DNA of 64,000 nucleotides, from NCBI GenBank assembly GCA_963422395.1, contig OY729431.1:608001-672000 (forward strand), in the 5' to 3' direction. A program made the translations under genes and the position numbers. Under the pieces are notes generated by a model. The model saw only the letters and a program-made list of their open reading frames with translations, had not been told where the DNA came from and ran no database searches. The stretch is from Vicinamibacteria bacterium. Lineage in GTDB: Bacteria; Acidobacteriota; Vicinamibacteria; Marinacidobacterales; Marinacidobacteraceae. Below, one piece after another: positions 48,590 to 58,989 of this stretch (the first letter of the stretch is position 1; each line of letters opens with the position of its first letter).

Positions 48590-49607
48590 GGCCGCACCAG
48601 AGTCCGAGATCGGCGTCGTCGGTCTCGCCGGGGCCGTTCACCCGGCAACCCATCACCGCGATGGTGATGGCATGGCGCTCCGCGTAGCGAGTGATCTCCC
48701 GCACTTCCGCGGCCAGCTCGACGAACTTCTCGTTCTCGACCCGTGAGCAGGAGGGGCAGGAGATGATGTTCAGCCGGTCCTTCGGGAACTCGGGCACCGA
48801 GCGGAAGCGGCCGGCGGCGATGTCCCCCAGGATCTGGCGGCCCGCGGCGACTTCCTCCGGTTTGCGGGTGTTCGGCAGGGTGAGCGAAACCCGCACGGTG
48901 TCCCCGATGCCGCGGGCGATGAGCTGCTCGAAGGCGATGCGGGTCTTGATGATGCCTTCGGGGGGCATCCCGGCCTCGGTGACGCCGAGATGGAGCGGCA
49001 CATCGGGGCGCTCGGCGGCGAAGCGGCGGTTCCCCTCGACGACCTGTGCCGGGTCGGAATCCTTGAGCGACACGACGAAGCGGGTGAACCCCAGCGAGTC
49101 CAGCAGCTCGCAGTGCTCGGCGGCGGAGGCGGCCATCGCGCCTACCGGATCGTCGTGGAAGCGATCCTGATGGGCGGGATCCATCGAGCCGCAGTTCACT
49201 CCGATGCGGAGAGCGCAATCGTGCTCCCCGGCGACCTCGGCGAGATAGCGCACCTTGTCGGCCACCGGCCGCGAGGTCTCGTGGTGCCAGAGGTGGCCGG
49301 GGTTGTAGCGGATCTTGTCCACCTGCGGGGCGACCGCCTCGGCGAGCCGGTAGCTCTCCTGCAAGTCCACCGCGAGGTTCGCGCTCGTGCGCTGGCGGAT
49401 CTCGGCGAGCGCCTCCGCATCCTTCCGGCTGTCCACCGCGATCCGCACGATTCCGGCGCCAGCCTTCCGGAGGGCCTCCGCCTGAGCGGCGGTCGCCTCC
49501 ACATCCTGGGTGGGGGTCGCGCACATGCTCTGCACCGCGATGGGCTCCCCGCCGCCGAGGACCACATCGCCCACCGGGACCCGGCGGGTGGGATTGCGTT
49601 CGATCAC
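48480..49607 (-). CDS. ispG: 4-hydroxy-3-methylbut-2-enyl diphosphate synthase
   Basis: [40 protein letters not shown]. Confidence 0.96.
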   Translation of the reverse strand: MIERNPTRRVPVGDVVLGGGEPIAVQSMCATPTQDVEATAAQAEALRKAGAGIVRIAVDSRKDAEALAEIRQRTSANLAVDLQESYRLAEAVAPQVDKIRYNPGHLWHHETSRPVADKVRYLAEVAGEHDCALRIGVNCGSMDPAHQDRFHDDPVGAMAASAAEHCELLDSLGFTRFVVSLKDSDPAQVVEGNRRFAAERPDVPLHLGVTEAGMPPEGIIKTRIAFEQLIARGIGDTVRVSLTLPNTRKPEEVAAGRQILGDIAAGRFRSVPEFPKDRLNIISCPSCSRVENEKFVELAAEVREITRYAERHAITIAVMGCRVNGPGETDDADLGLWCGPAFVNLKRGPEALGAFPYDEILGRLKTEVDRLVAAR

Positions 49608-49700
49608 CGGGGGAATGCTACGCGGAGCGGCCCGCGCCGAGGGCCGCCGGCACTCCCGGCCGCTCGACTTCCCGAGGAACGACCTGGTGAGTTCGCACCG

Positions 49701-51005
49701 TCAGCCGCCGCGGGCGAGCCGGATGCCGGAGGCCTGCCAGCGGGCTTCGGGGCGCAGGAAGTTGCGGCAGGTCGCGCGGAAGCCGCCGGCCGGAGTGAGG
49801 CAGGAGCCGCCGCGCAGCACCATCCGGCCGAACAGGAACCGTCCGTCCGGTGCCGCGGCGGCCGCCGCGGGCGAGCGGAGAACCGAGCGGAAGCCGGGGT
49901 AGGGGAGACCGGCGCTGGCGGTCCACTCCCAGAGGTCGCCGAAGAGTTGGGCGGGGCTGGCTGCTCTACCCCCGATCGGACCGCCCTCCGCGGGGCTGGG
50001 ATGGAGCAGCCCGCTTTCCAGGAACGCTCCCCGGACGGGGCGGCCGGCCGCGGCCGCCTCCCATTCGAATTCGGTCGGCAGGCGGCTCTCCCGCCAACGG
50101 GCGAAGGCGTCCGCTTCGAAGAAGCTCACATGGCTCACCGGGGATTCGGGGGCGAGCGGGGCGAGCCCGCCGAGAGTGAACTCCTCGAAGCCGCCGCCCG
50201 CGCGTTTCCAGTAGAGCGGCGCTTCCCAGCCGTGCCGCCGCCGCGCCTCCCAGCCGTCGGCGAGCCACAGCGACGCCTCCCGGTAGCCCCCCTCCTCGAC
50301 GAATTCGAGGTATTCCCGGTTCGTCACCAGCCGGGAGGCGAGCTGGAACGGCGGGAGCAGCCGCGAGTGCCGGGGGGTCTCGCCCGCGAAGGCGAAGCTT
50401 CCTCCCCCATGACCGAAGGCGAGTTCGCCCCCGGCGAAGGAGACGAACCGCAGCGGCGGAGTCGGCGCCGGCGGCCCGAAAACGCCGGCGTCTCCGGAGG
50501 GGCGGTAGGCGGGCTGCCGCGGGTTCTTCCAGAAGAGGTGCTTCAGGTCGGCCAGCAGGAACTCCTGGTGCCGCTGCTCGTGGTGGATCCCGAGAAGCGC
50601 CGCGGCGGCTGTTTCCGCCGAGATCCCGGCCTCGAACGACGAGAGCACCGCCTCGTCCACCCGGCGCCGGTATCCGCCGACTTCGGCCGCCGTCGGCCGG
50701 GTGAGGAGACCCCGTTCCCGGCGGGGATGGCGGCGGCCGCCGCCGTTCGCCGCGCCCGCGCCGAAGAGCTCGCCGTAATCCGAAGCCGCCGGGGCGTAGC
50801 CGGTTCCGGCCTTCGTGAGGACGAAGGCCTCGAAGAACCACGAGGTGTGGGCGAGGTGCCATTTCACCGGGCTCGCCTCCGGCAGGGACTGCGCCGTCTG
50901 ATCCTCGCCGGTGAGCGGCGCGGCGAGTTCGTCCGTCTGCCGCCGGACGCGGAGAAAGGCGTCCCGAAGCGCTTCCGGCGTCATCGGGGGGTCTTCCGGC
51001 GTCAT
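49701..51005 (-). CDS. egtB: EgtB-like sulfoxide synthase (DinB + FGE-sulfatase domains), atypical active site
   Basis: SPVKWHLAHTSWFFE, HHEQRHQE, RLPTEFEWE, LRGGS, RNF..P..RWQ.SGIRLA. Confidence 0.8.
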   Translation of the reverse strand: MTPEDPPMTPEALRDAFLRVRRQTDELAAPLTGEDQTAQSLPEASPVKWHLAHTSWFFEAFVLTKAGTGYAPAASDYGELFGAGAANGGGRRHPRRERGLLTRPTAAEVGGYRRRVDEAVLSSFEAGISAETAAAALLGIHHEQRHQEFLLADLKHLFWKNPRQPAYRPSGDAGVFGPPAPTPPLRFVSFAGGELAFGHGGGSFAFAGETPRHSRLLPPFQLASRLVTNREYLEFVEEGGYREASLWLADGWEARRRHGWEAPLYWKRAGGGFEEFTLGGLAPLAPESPVSHVSFFEADAFARWRESRLPTEFEWEAAAAGRPVRGAFLESGLLHPSPAEGGPIGGRAASPAQLFGDLWEWTASAGLPYPGFRSVLRSPAAAAAAPDGRFLFGRMVLRGGSCLTPAGGFRATCRNFLRPEARWQASGIRLARGG

Positions 51006-51078
51006 CGCGCTCCCGGCGCTCCCGGCGCTCCTGGGCGGCCCTCCCGGCATCCGCTGCCGGCCTCCGGTCGCCCGCGGG

Positions 51079-52314
51079 TCATTCCGGCGCCGGTTCGACC
51101 GGTCCTGCCGACGCGATCCGAACGCCGTCGGCCACCCGCTCGCCCGGATAGACGAGGACCTGGTCGCCCGCTTCGAGCCCGGCGAGGACCTGCGCTTCGC
51201 GCTGGTTGCGCTCTCCGATCTCGATCGTCCGCTCGCGCGCCGCGCCGTCCTCGACGCGGAACACCGCCCACTGCTCGCCCCGACGGAAGAGCGCTCCCAC
51301 CGGGACCTTCAGCTGCGCTTCGCGTTCCCAGACCACGACCCGGGCCTCCACCCGATACCCGTCGCCGAGACCGGGGCGCGTCGCGGCCGATTCGACGAGC
51401 TCGAGGACGACGAGCACCCGCTGTTCCTCGACACCGAGCGCGGAGATCTTGGTGAAGCCGGAGGGTTCGACGCGGAGCACGCGGGCGCCGAGCGGGCGGT
51501 CGCCGCCCCAGCGTTCGATGAGCGCCGGCTGACCGGCGCGGATCCGCACCGCGTCGGTCGAGAGATAGTCGGCGACGACTTCGAGTTCCTCCGGGTCCCC
51601 GACTTCGATCAGCGCCTCCCCCGCCGGCACCACGGATTCGCTCTCGCGCAGCCGGCGGAGCACCACCCCGTCCACCGGCGAGAAGATCCGGATCACCGCC
51701 GCCCCGCCCGCTTCCGATCCGGCGCGCCGCGCGTCGAAACGGAGCAGTCGGGCGCGGGCCGCGGTCAGGATGCCGCGCTGGTTGCGCACCGAGAATTCCG
51801 CCGCTTCGAGCGCTTCCTGGCGGATGTTCCGCTCCCGCTGTGCGGTTTCGAGCCGCTCTTCGGCGATCACTCCGGCTTCGAGCAGCCGCCGGAGCCGGTC
51901 GAGCGTGGATTCGGCCTGGGCGCGCTCTACCACCGCCTGCTGGTAGAGCGCCTCGGTCCGGCCGAGCCCGGCTGCCGCGGCTTCGACTTCGGCTTCGGTC
52001 TCGGCTCGGCGGCGCTGGTCGAGGAGCATCGGGGCGGCGGGCTGGAACGACGCCAGCACGCTTTCGTCGGCGAGCACCGGGTCTCCCGGTTCGAGCTCGA
52101 TGCGCAGGACGCGGCCTGCTACCGGGGCGGAGATCAGGAAGCGGTCGCGGACCCGGGTCTCGCCTTCTTCGTCGAGCGTCACCGTGAGCGTGCCGCGAAC
52201 CACCGGCGCGAGCTCCACCGCAACCGGGCGCGGCCGGGAGGCGAGGGCGATCAGGGCGGCGGCCGCGGCGCCCCCCGCGGCCCAGAGGACGAGTCGCCGT
52301 CTGTTCTTCATCAC
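51079..52314 (-). CDS. Efflux periplasmic adaptor subunit (HlyD/MacA-like)
   Basis: N-terminal TM, SAPVAG and SPVDGVV lipoyl halves, TKISALGVEEQRV. Confidence 0.9.
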   Translation of the reverse strand: MMKNRRRLVLWAAGGAAAAALIALASRPRPVAVELAPVVRGTLTVTLDEEGETRVRDRFLISAPVAGRVLRIELEPGDPVLADESVLASFQPAAPMLLDQRRRAETEAEVEAAAAGLGRTEALYQQAVVERAQAESTLDRLRRLLEAGVIAEERLETAQRERNIRQEALEAAEFSVRNQRGILTAARARLLRFDARRAGSEAGGAAVIRIFSPVDGVVLRRLRESESVVPAGEALIEVGDPEELEVVADYLSTDAVRIRAGQPALIERWGGDRPLGARVLRVEPSGFTKISALGVEEQRVLVVLELVESAATRPGLGDGYRVEARVVVWEREAQLKVPVGALFRRGEQWAVFRVEDGAARERTIEIGERNQREAQVLAGLEAGDQVLVYPGERVADGVRIASAGPVEPAPE

Positions 52315-52351
52315 GGGAAATCCTCCAGTCCGGCTTCTGCTCGGGAAGGGA

Positions 52352-54718
52352 TCACTCCCGGGTCTTCAGGACCGCGACCAGGTCCAGCCGATTCAATTTA
52401 CGGCGAACCACCAGCGCGGAGAGCGCCATGGCGGCCGCCACCGTCCCGGCGGCGGCGGCGAAGGTGCTCCCCTCGGCCGCCGCCGGCATCCGGAACAACT
52501 CGGTCTCGTACGCGCGCAGCATCGCGGCGAGCATCGAATAGCCCAGTGCGAGCCCGGCGGGGATGGCGGCGAGGGTCAGGATTCCCAGCTCGCCGAAGAG
52601 CACGGCGCCGATTTCGGCGCGGGTGAAGCCGATGACCCGCATACTGGCGAGTTCGCGGCTGCGCTCGGAGAGGGAGATGCGGGCGGTGTTGTAGATCACC
52701 CCGAAGGCGATCACGATGGCGAAGAAGAGGTTGACCGCCATGGTGTTGTCCATGTTCTCGGCGACGAAGGTCTCGAAGTTCTCGAGCATGGCGCGTCGAA
52801 GCGCCACTCCCGCCACCGCCGGCATCGCCTTGAGGTCCCGGTAGACCGCGTCCTCGGCGAGCGGATCGATCCGCAGGACCGCCCCGCTCATGGTCCCGGC
52901 GCCGCGGGCGAACCGTGCGAGGGCTTCGGGCTCCAGGTAGGCGGAAACGCCCATCAGGTCGTCCACCAGGCCGCTCACCACCATGTCCCGCTCGGGCCGC
53001 GCGCCGACGAGCGCCGCCACCCGCACCGTTGCCCCCGGCTGGACCGCGAGCCCCTCGGCCAGCTTGCGCGAGAGCAGCAACCCGGGCCGGTCGGGCCGGA
53101 GAGGTTGGTGGTCGGCGCCCAGCACCCGCTGCAGGCGGGCCTCCGGCGTAAGGGCCTGGATGCCCACTCGCCGGTCCCGGTTCCCGTTCTGGAGCCGGAC
53201 GGGGACGGTGTTCGCCGCCTCGACCTCGAGGATCCCCGGCAGCGAGGCGAGCTCGTGTTCCGCTGCCCGCCCTTCCGGCTCGACGAAGCGCACAGTGAGG
53301 TCCTGGCGCTGGACCACCTCGAACTGCAGCTCCATGAGCTCCTCGAAGGAATCCATGCTGGCGCCGGCCATCACCATGATGGCGGCGGAGAACGAGATGC
53401 CCACCACCGACATCGCGGCGCGCAGCGGGCGGCGGGAGATGTTTCTCGCGATCATGCGTGCCGGCGGCGAGAGAAAGCGGCCCAGGCCGAGCCGCTCGCA
53501 GAGCGAGACCCGGTAGGTCTCGGGAGCCGCGGGGCGCATGGCTTCGGCAGGCGGCAGCCGAGCGACGCTGCGGACCGCGGAGACGGCGCCGAGCACCGCT
53601 GCGCCGCCGCAGGCGAGAGCCGCGGCGAGGATGTTCCCCCAGCTCGCCTGGTACGAGAGCTCGGGAAAGCGGAAGTACTCCAGATAGAGCCCGAGCATCG
53701 CGTTGCTCAGCAACATCCCGCCGGAGATTCCCAGCGCGCCGCCGAACGCCGAGACCAAGAGAGCCCACTGGACATAGTGCAGCCCGAGGCGCAGGTTCGA
53801 GTAGCCGACCGCTTTGAGTACCGCGATCTGTTCGCGCTGCACCGAGACGGTGCGCCGCAGCACCACATGCAGCAGGAAGACCGCGATGCCCAGGAAGATC
53901 GTCGGCACCACGAGTGCCATGCCGCGCAGCCCCAGCAGCTCGTTTTCGAGGTACCAGTTCGAGACCTGCTGGCTGCGGGGGACCGCGCCGAGACCGCCGT
54001 AGGGCTCGAGGAGGCGGTCCAGCTCGGCGATCGCCGGGCGAGCCTCGGCGCCGTCCTCGAGCGACAGCGACACATCGTTGAAGCCGCCCTCCATGTCGAA
54101 GGCGGCCGCCAGGTGCTTCCTCGTGAGCCAGAAGATGCCGAAGCGCTTCGGATCGGGAAAGAGGCCGCCGCCGGCGATGGCGTACACGTACTCCGGAGAG
54201 AGCACGATCCCCACGATTTCGAGTTCCTGCCGCCGGCCGTTGATGACCGCCGCCACCTCGCTGCCGAGGTCCAGCCCGTGGGCCTCGGCGAAGCGCTCGT
54301 TGACCAGCGCTTCTTCGGCGCGCCGCGGATCGAGCCAGCGCCCCCGGCGGAGCGCCGTCTCGTTGAGGACCGGACGGCCGCTGTCGGGCATCGAGATCAG
54401 GCGGCCGTTCACCGGCTCAGCGGTGCCGGGAACATCGAGGGTGACCGCGACCGAAACCCGGGTGGCTGCCCGGTCCACTCCCGGCAGTTCCTCCAGGGCG
54501 CCGGCGAGCCCGTTCGGGGCGCGCTTCGCGCTCGCGAAGACATCCCCGAACCGGTAGCGGGCGTAGTACCGGTCGCGGGTGGTTTCGAGCGACTCGAAGC
54601 AGCCGAGCGACGCCGTGAGGAGCGCGACCCCGGAGGCGACGACCGCCGCGATGGCGAGCGCCAGCGAACGGACCCGCCACAGGTCGCGCAGCAGTTTGCG
54701 GTCGAGAGCGCGGATCAT
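52352..54718 (-). CDS. ABC transporter permease (MacB/FtsX-like, duplicated domains)
   Basis: [14 protein letters not shown] and [14 protein letters not shown]. Confidence 0.9.
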   Translation of the reverse strand: MIRALDRKLLRDLWRVRSLALAIAAVVASGVALLTASLGCFESLETTRDRYYARYRFGDVFASAKRAPNGLAGALEELPGVDRAATRVSVAVTLDVPGTAEPVNGRLISMPDSGRPVLNETALRRGRWLDPRRAEEALVNERFAEAHGLDLGSEVAAVINGRRQELEIVGIVLSPEYVYAIAGGGLFPDPKRFGIFWLTRKHLAAAFDMEGGFNDVSLSLEDGAEARPAIAELDRLLEPYGGLGAVPRSQQVSNWYLENELLGLRGMALVVPTIFLGIAVFLLHVVLRRTVSVQREQIAVLKAVGYSNLRLGLHYVQWALLVSAFGGALGISGGMLLSNAMLGLYLEYFRFPELSYQASWGNILAAALACGGAAVLGAVSAVRSVARLPPAEAMRPAAPETYRVSLCERLGLGRFLSPPARMIARNISRRPLRAAMSVVGISFSAAIMVMAGASMDSFEELMELQFEVVQRQDLTVRFVEPEGRAAEHELASLPGILEVEAANTVPVRLQNGNRDRRVGIQALTPEARLQRVLGADHQPLRPDRPGLLLSRKLAEGLAVQPGATVRVAALVGARPERDMVVSGLVDDLMGVSAYLEPEALARFARGAGTMSGAVLRIDPLAEDAVYRDLKAMPAVAGVALRRAMLENFETFVAENMDNTMAVNLFFAIVIAFGVIYNTARISLSERSRELASMRVIGFTRAEIGAVLFGELGILTLAAIPAGLALGYSMLAAMLRAYETELFRMPAAAEGSTFAAAAGTVAAAMALSALVVRRKLNRLDLVAVLKTRE

Positions 54719-54734
54719 CGAGGGAAGGCCGCTC

Positions 54735-55466
54735 TCACCAGCGGATCGTCGCGGCGCCGCTCCGGGTGTCGTTCCATCGTTCCTGGGAGATCCGCCCGTC
54801 GGCGAGCGAGATCACCCGGTCGGCGATGGCGGCGATGGCGGCGTTGTGGGTGATGATCGCGGTGGTGGCGCGGTACTCGAGGTTCACCCGGCAGATCGCT
54901 TCGAGGACCTGGATTCCGGTGCCGATGTCGAGGGCGCCGGTGGGTTCGTCGCAGAGCAGCAGGTCGGGCCGTTTCACGATGGCGCGCGCGACCGCTACCC
55001 GCTGCTGCTCGCCGCCCGACAGCTGCGAGGGAAAGTGGTCCGCGCGCCGAGAGAGCCCCACGATGTCGAGGGCCTCCGCGGCGGGGAGCGGATCTTCCGC
55101 GATCTCGGTCACCAGTTCCACATTCTCCCGGGCGGTGAGCGAGGGAATCAGGTTGTAGAACTGGAACACGAATCCCACCCGGCGCCGCCGGTACTCGGTC
55201 AGACTCTTCTCGTCGGCGCGGGTCAGGTCCCGATCCCGGTAGTGCACCTGCCCGGAAGTCGGGACATCCAGCCCGCCGAGGATGTTCAGCAGGGTGGACT
55301 TGCCGCTCCCCGAAGGGCCGAGCAGGACGGTGAATCCGCCCTCGGCGAAGTCGAGGCTGATCCCGCGGAGCGCCCGCACCTCGACCTCCCCCATCCGATA
55401 GACCTTCGTCACCTCCCGCAAGGAGACCGCCGGCGACCCGTTCGCCGCGCCGCCGCTGCTCTTCAT
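54735..55466 (-). CDS. ABC transporter ATP-binding protein (LolD/MacB type)
   Basis: [26 protein letters not shown]. Confidence 0.93.
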   Translation of the reverse strand: MKSSGGAANGSPAVSLREVTKVYRMGEVEVRALRGISLDFAEGGFTVLLGPSGSGKSTLLNILGGLDVPTSGQVHYRDRDLTRADEKSLTEYRRRRVGFVFQFYNLIPSLTARENVELVTEIAEDPLPAAEALDIVGLSRRADHFPSQLSGGEQQRVAVARAIVKRPDLLLCDEPTGALDIGTGIQVLEAICRVNLEYRATTAIITHNAAIAAIADRVISLADGRISQERWNDTRSGAATIRW

Positions 55467-55676
55467 GGCCTGATCCTGCTTCGAGCCTCGGCGTCCGTCG
55501 GGGCCGTCCCGGCGCCCATTCTCGCCCATCCGCCCGAGGGAACGCGAAGGCCCGCACCGCGCCGAGGCGGATAGACTGACGCCGAGGGGTGGTTTCGGGG
55601 CAAGGGCCGCGTGCCGGTCTTCGCGTTCGGCTCCTGTCCTTTCTGCCCGCAAGGCGTGGTCCGCCGAAGGAGATCG

Positions 55677-55806
55677 GACGAGAAGGTTTGCTGCGAGGTC
55701 AACGGGGAGCCGCAAACCGTGGGTCGCAAGACAACGGTGGAGGAGGTCCTGAAGAATGCGGGCGCTGCCGCCTCGATCGAGGTCGAGGAGCTCGATAATT
55801 TTACGA
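55677..55806 (+). pseudogene. Ubiquitin-like (multi-ubiquitin-type) gene remnant
   Basis: [28 protein letters not shown] resembles a beta-grasp N-half; directly upstream of an E1-like ORF. Confidence 0.5.
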
Positions 55807-55809
55807 AGG

Positions 55810-56787
55810 GTGCACCGATCGCAGCAGCGGACGGTCTCCACTTGGGGCGAAGCGTCGCAGGAAGCTCTCGCCAGCCTGCGAGTCGGCGTGGTGGGCGTCG
55901 GCAGCGTGGGCTCGCTAGTCGCCGAGACGCTCGCTCGGATAGGAGTCCGCCGGATCGCGCTCTTCGATGCTGACCGGGTGGAGACCGGAACTGCGGCGCG
56001 GTGGACTGGACCGCCTGACCGCCTGCTCCACGCGAGCGAGCGCGATGTGGGCCGCCGCAAGATCCTGGTAGCGGCGGCGCGGCTGCGGCAGAGCGCCACC
56101 GCCGCGGACTTTCGGGTGGAAACGCACTGCGGCCGCATCGAGGAGCGGAGTTCCTACCTCGCCGCGCTCGATTGCGATCTGCTCTTCGCCGCCGTGGACC
56201 GACCGCTCCCGAAGGACCTGGTGAACCACCTCGCCTATGCCCACTGCATCCCGGTGATCTTCGGCGGCATCTACGCGGCCGCGAAAGCGGACGGCACGCT
56301 GGGGCAAGCGTCCTGGAGCGTGTCCGCCGCGAGCCCCGGCCAGCGCTGTCTCCGCTGCGACGGCCAATACACCACCTCGGAGGTGGTCATGGAGCGCGAC
56401 GGCTCGCTCGACGATCCGACCTATGTGCGTAACCCGGCTGGTGAAGCGCCGCTGTCCGCCGGGCAGAATGTCTTTCCATTCGCCGCCAATCTCGCGAGCC
56501 TCATGACGCTCGAGCTGGTCCGCATGGTCGCCGACAGGGACTGGTGGCCGAAGATCGGCGGAAAACTGGGATTCCACCTGATTCCGCGCCAGCTCACCTG
56601 GGCGTCCGCCCGCTGCCTCGATCGCTGCGCGGTCCGCCCGAAGACGGCCCTCGGCGACGCCGCGCCCTATCCGATGCTTCGGGAGATGCCGCGGCGCCCC
56701 GCACGCCTCGTCGCGCTGGAGGATCGCGCCCTCCGAGCGAGGAACTTCCTGCGCCGCATCGTCGGTGCGAAGAGGACGACCCGATGA
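55810..56787 (+). CDS. ThiF/E1-like adenylyltransferase, probably N-terminally truncated
   Basis: [31 protein letters not shown]; no convincing start or RBS. Confidence 0.8.
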   Translation: MHRSQQRTVSTWGEASQEALASLRVGVVGVGSVGSLVAETLARIGVRRIALFDADRVETGTAARWTGPPDRLLHASERDVGRRKILVAAARLRQSATAADFRVETHCGRIEERSSYLAALDCDLLFAAVDRPLPKDLVNHLAYAHCIPVIFGGIYAAAKADGTLGQASWSVSAASPGQRCLRCDGQYTTSEVVMERDGSLDDPTYVRNPAGEAPLSAGQNVFPFAANLASLMTLELVRMVADRDWWPKIGGKLGFHLIPRQLTWASARCLDRCAVRPKTALGDAAPYPMLREMPRRPARLVALEDRALRARNFLRRIVGAKRTTR

Positions 56788-57759
56788 TCCACCCCCGGAG
56801 CCTCACCCTGGAGAATGTACGCGGCTTCGCCGGCCAACAGACCGGCCAGGTCCGCCGGGTGACGCTCCTCGTCGGCGAAAACGGCGCCGGCAAGTCCACT
56901 TTCCTGGGCTGTTACCAGGCGTTCGCGCGGCTTGGTTCCTTCGCCGCGCTGGACGACCGGAACTACTTCGACGACCCGCCCTTCCGGATGGGTCCGTTCT
57001 CCACGATCGCCGGTGGTGAGGCCCGTCGGTTCGCGATCGAGGGCGGCTTTCACGATGGCTGCCATGAAAGCCTCCGTCTCGAATACCGAGCGGGGTATCC
57101 CGAGCCCGGCCCCTATCCGGAGGAAGGCTCGCTCGCTGTTCGGTTGCCGGGCGCGGCCGAACCGTTCCGGGTCATGCGGCTCGGGCACGGCGGTGATCCG
57201 GATCGGTGGAGAGTGGAGGGGCCCGGCTTTCGGTTCGACCTGGACTCGGCCGACATCTCTTACCGGCAGTTCAGCAGCTGGATCTCGCGGTCGGTCCGCC
57301 ACGGGCTTCTGCCTTTCCTCGGCAATCCCAGCTCGTTTCGCAGATGTCGGCTACGGAGTGCATGCCGTCCTGCCCCTGCTCGCCGCGATGTGCCGCGCTG
57401 GCGATGCTGCGGCCTTCCTGCTGCAAGAGCCCGAACTGCACCTCCATCCGGCGGCGCAGGCGGATCTCGCCACGCTCATGGCGAAGGGGAAGCAGCATTT
57501 CCTGATCGAAACCCACAGCGAGCACTTCGTGGATCGGTTCCGCATCGAAGCGATGCGCGGCGGCATGGACCCCGAGGACTTGCAGATCCTCTACTTCGAG
57601 AAGGCGGCGGACGGAACGGGCTCGAAGATCCACGACATCGGCGTCGACGGAAACGGCAATCTGAGCGGCGCCCCGCGCGGCTACCGGAGGTTCTTCCTGG
57701 AAGAGGCGGATCGACTTTTCTTCGCCAGGCCCGGAGATTCTCGACCAGGAGAGTCGTGA
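56784..57759 (+). pseudogene. ABC-type (AAA_21-like) ATPase 1, internal deletion/frameshift near 57340
   Basis: LENVRGF and LVGENGAGKST, then in another frame DVGYG, QEPELHLHP and IETHS. Confidence 0.8.
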
Positions 57760-58075
57760 TGTGCGTGCGAACGATCGTGGATACCAACCTGCTCGCGGAA
57801 GTGACGGGGCGGGACCCATCGGGTTCTTTCGGGAACCTGCACCGATGGATCGTTCGCGGCGACGGACGGATCCTGTACACCGACGAAGCGGGATTTCGGC
57901 AGGAGATGGACCGGGCGGGAGAGAGCTGGCGGCAGCTTCTGTTCCGGTACCGCCAGAATGCCCGTATGGAGCTGGCCGATGCCTCCGAGGTAGAGGATGC
58001 GAAACAGAAACTCGATTCGATCTCCCGAAAATCCGGGGAAAACGACCTTCCCCTGCTCGCCTTGGCCGAGGCGGC
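57759..58075 (+). pseudogene. PIN-domain protein 1, C-terminally truncated and fused to ATPase 2
   Basis: IVDTN...E...NDLPLLALA; ATG overlaps the ATPase 1 stop. Confidence 0.7.
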
Positions 58076-58784
58076 AGTGGAACAGGGCGTCATGTCCGGC
58101 ACGCTCGCTGGGGCGCCGGTCCGATCCCGCCCGAGACGGACCTACGACGCGGCCCCCGGGCTACGGACCGCGGAAGGCGAAAGCGTTCCGCAGCGCCTCG
58201 CCGATCTGAGCGCCGGGAGCGATGCGGAATGGAAGGAACTCCGGAAGAAACTCGTGCGGTTCGGCGAGGCTTCCGGTCTCTTCGACGAGGTCGAGGTCCG
58301 GCGTCTGGGTGGGAACGACAGTGATCCGTTTCAGATTCGGGTCCGAAAGTTCGGCGGCACGCTCAAGGGGCCGTGGCGCAACCTGAAGGATGTCGGCTAC
58401 GGAGTCAGCCAGGCGTTACCGATCCTGGTGGAGATCATGAACGGGAATCCATCGCGGGTGTTCCTGTTGCAGCAGCCTGAAGTACATCTGCATCCGCAGG
58501 CTCAGGCTGCGCTCGGATCCCTGTTTCTCGAGGCGGCCGCCGAGGGGCGGCAGCTCTTGGTGGAAACCCACAGCGACCCTTTGCTCGATCGCATCCGGAT
58601 GGACATCCGCGACCGCAAGACGACGCTTCGGGCCGAGGATGTGAGTCTCCTCTACTTCGAGCGCGAAGGCCTGGGAGTCCGCATCCATTCCCTCGGTTTC
58701 GACGAGCAAGGCAATGTCCGCGGCGCCCCGGACAGCTATCGCAGCTTCTTCCTCCGGGAAACGGAGCGACGGTTGGAGCTGTGA
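58076..58784 (+). pseudogene. C-terminal half of ABC-type ATPase 2
   Basis: PVRSRPRRTY, DVGYGVSQ, QQPEVHLHPQAQ, VETHSD; Walker A absent. Confidence 0.8.
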
Positions 58785-58787
58785 TCC

Positions 58788-58916
58788 ATGTGCGCAGTCC
58801 TCGATGCCAACATCGCCGGGGAACTCTTCGATCTCGAACGGAAACCGATTGCCGATCGCTTCTTCACCTGGATGACGGGCCGGGGCCGCGCCGATCTCTG
58901 CTTCGACTGCGGCTGA
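58788..58916 (+). pseudogene. PIN-domain protein 2 remnant (42 aa)
   Basis: MCAVLDANIAGELF parallels PIN 1's MCVRTIVDTNLLAEV. Confidence 0.6.
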
Positions 58917-58989
58917 TCCGAGGTGGCGCCGGCTTGCTCGGTCGGCGCTCCTCGGCGGTCGGGATATCCGGGGAGGAGCGGGTGCCGAC

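Noticed and set aside
56544-58784. 746-aa ORF as a single ATPase gene
   Set aside because: It is a read-through chimera: ATPase 1 N-half, off-frame nonsense over ATPase 1's C-half, then the PIN1 and ATPase 2 fragments
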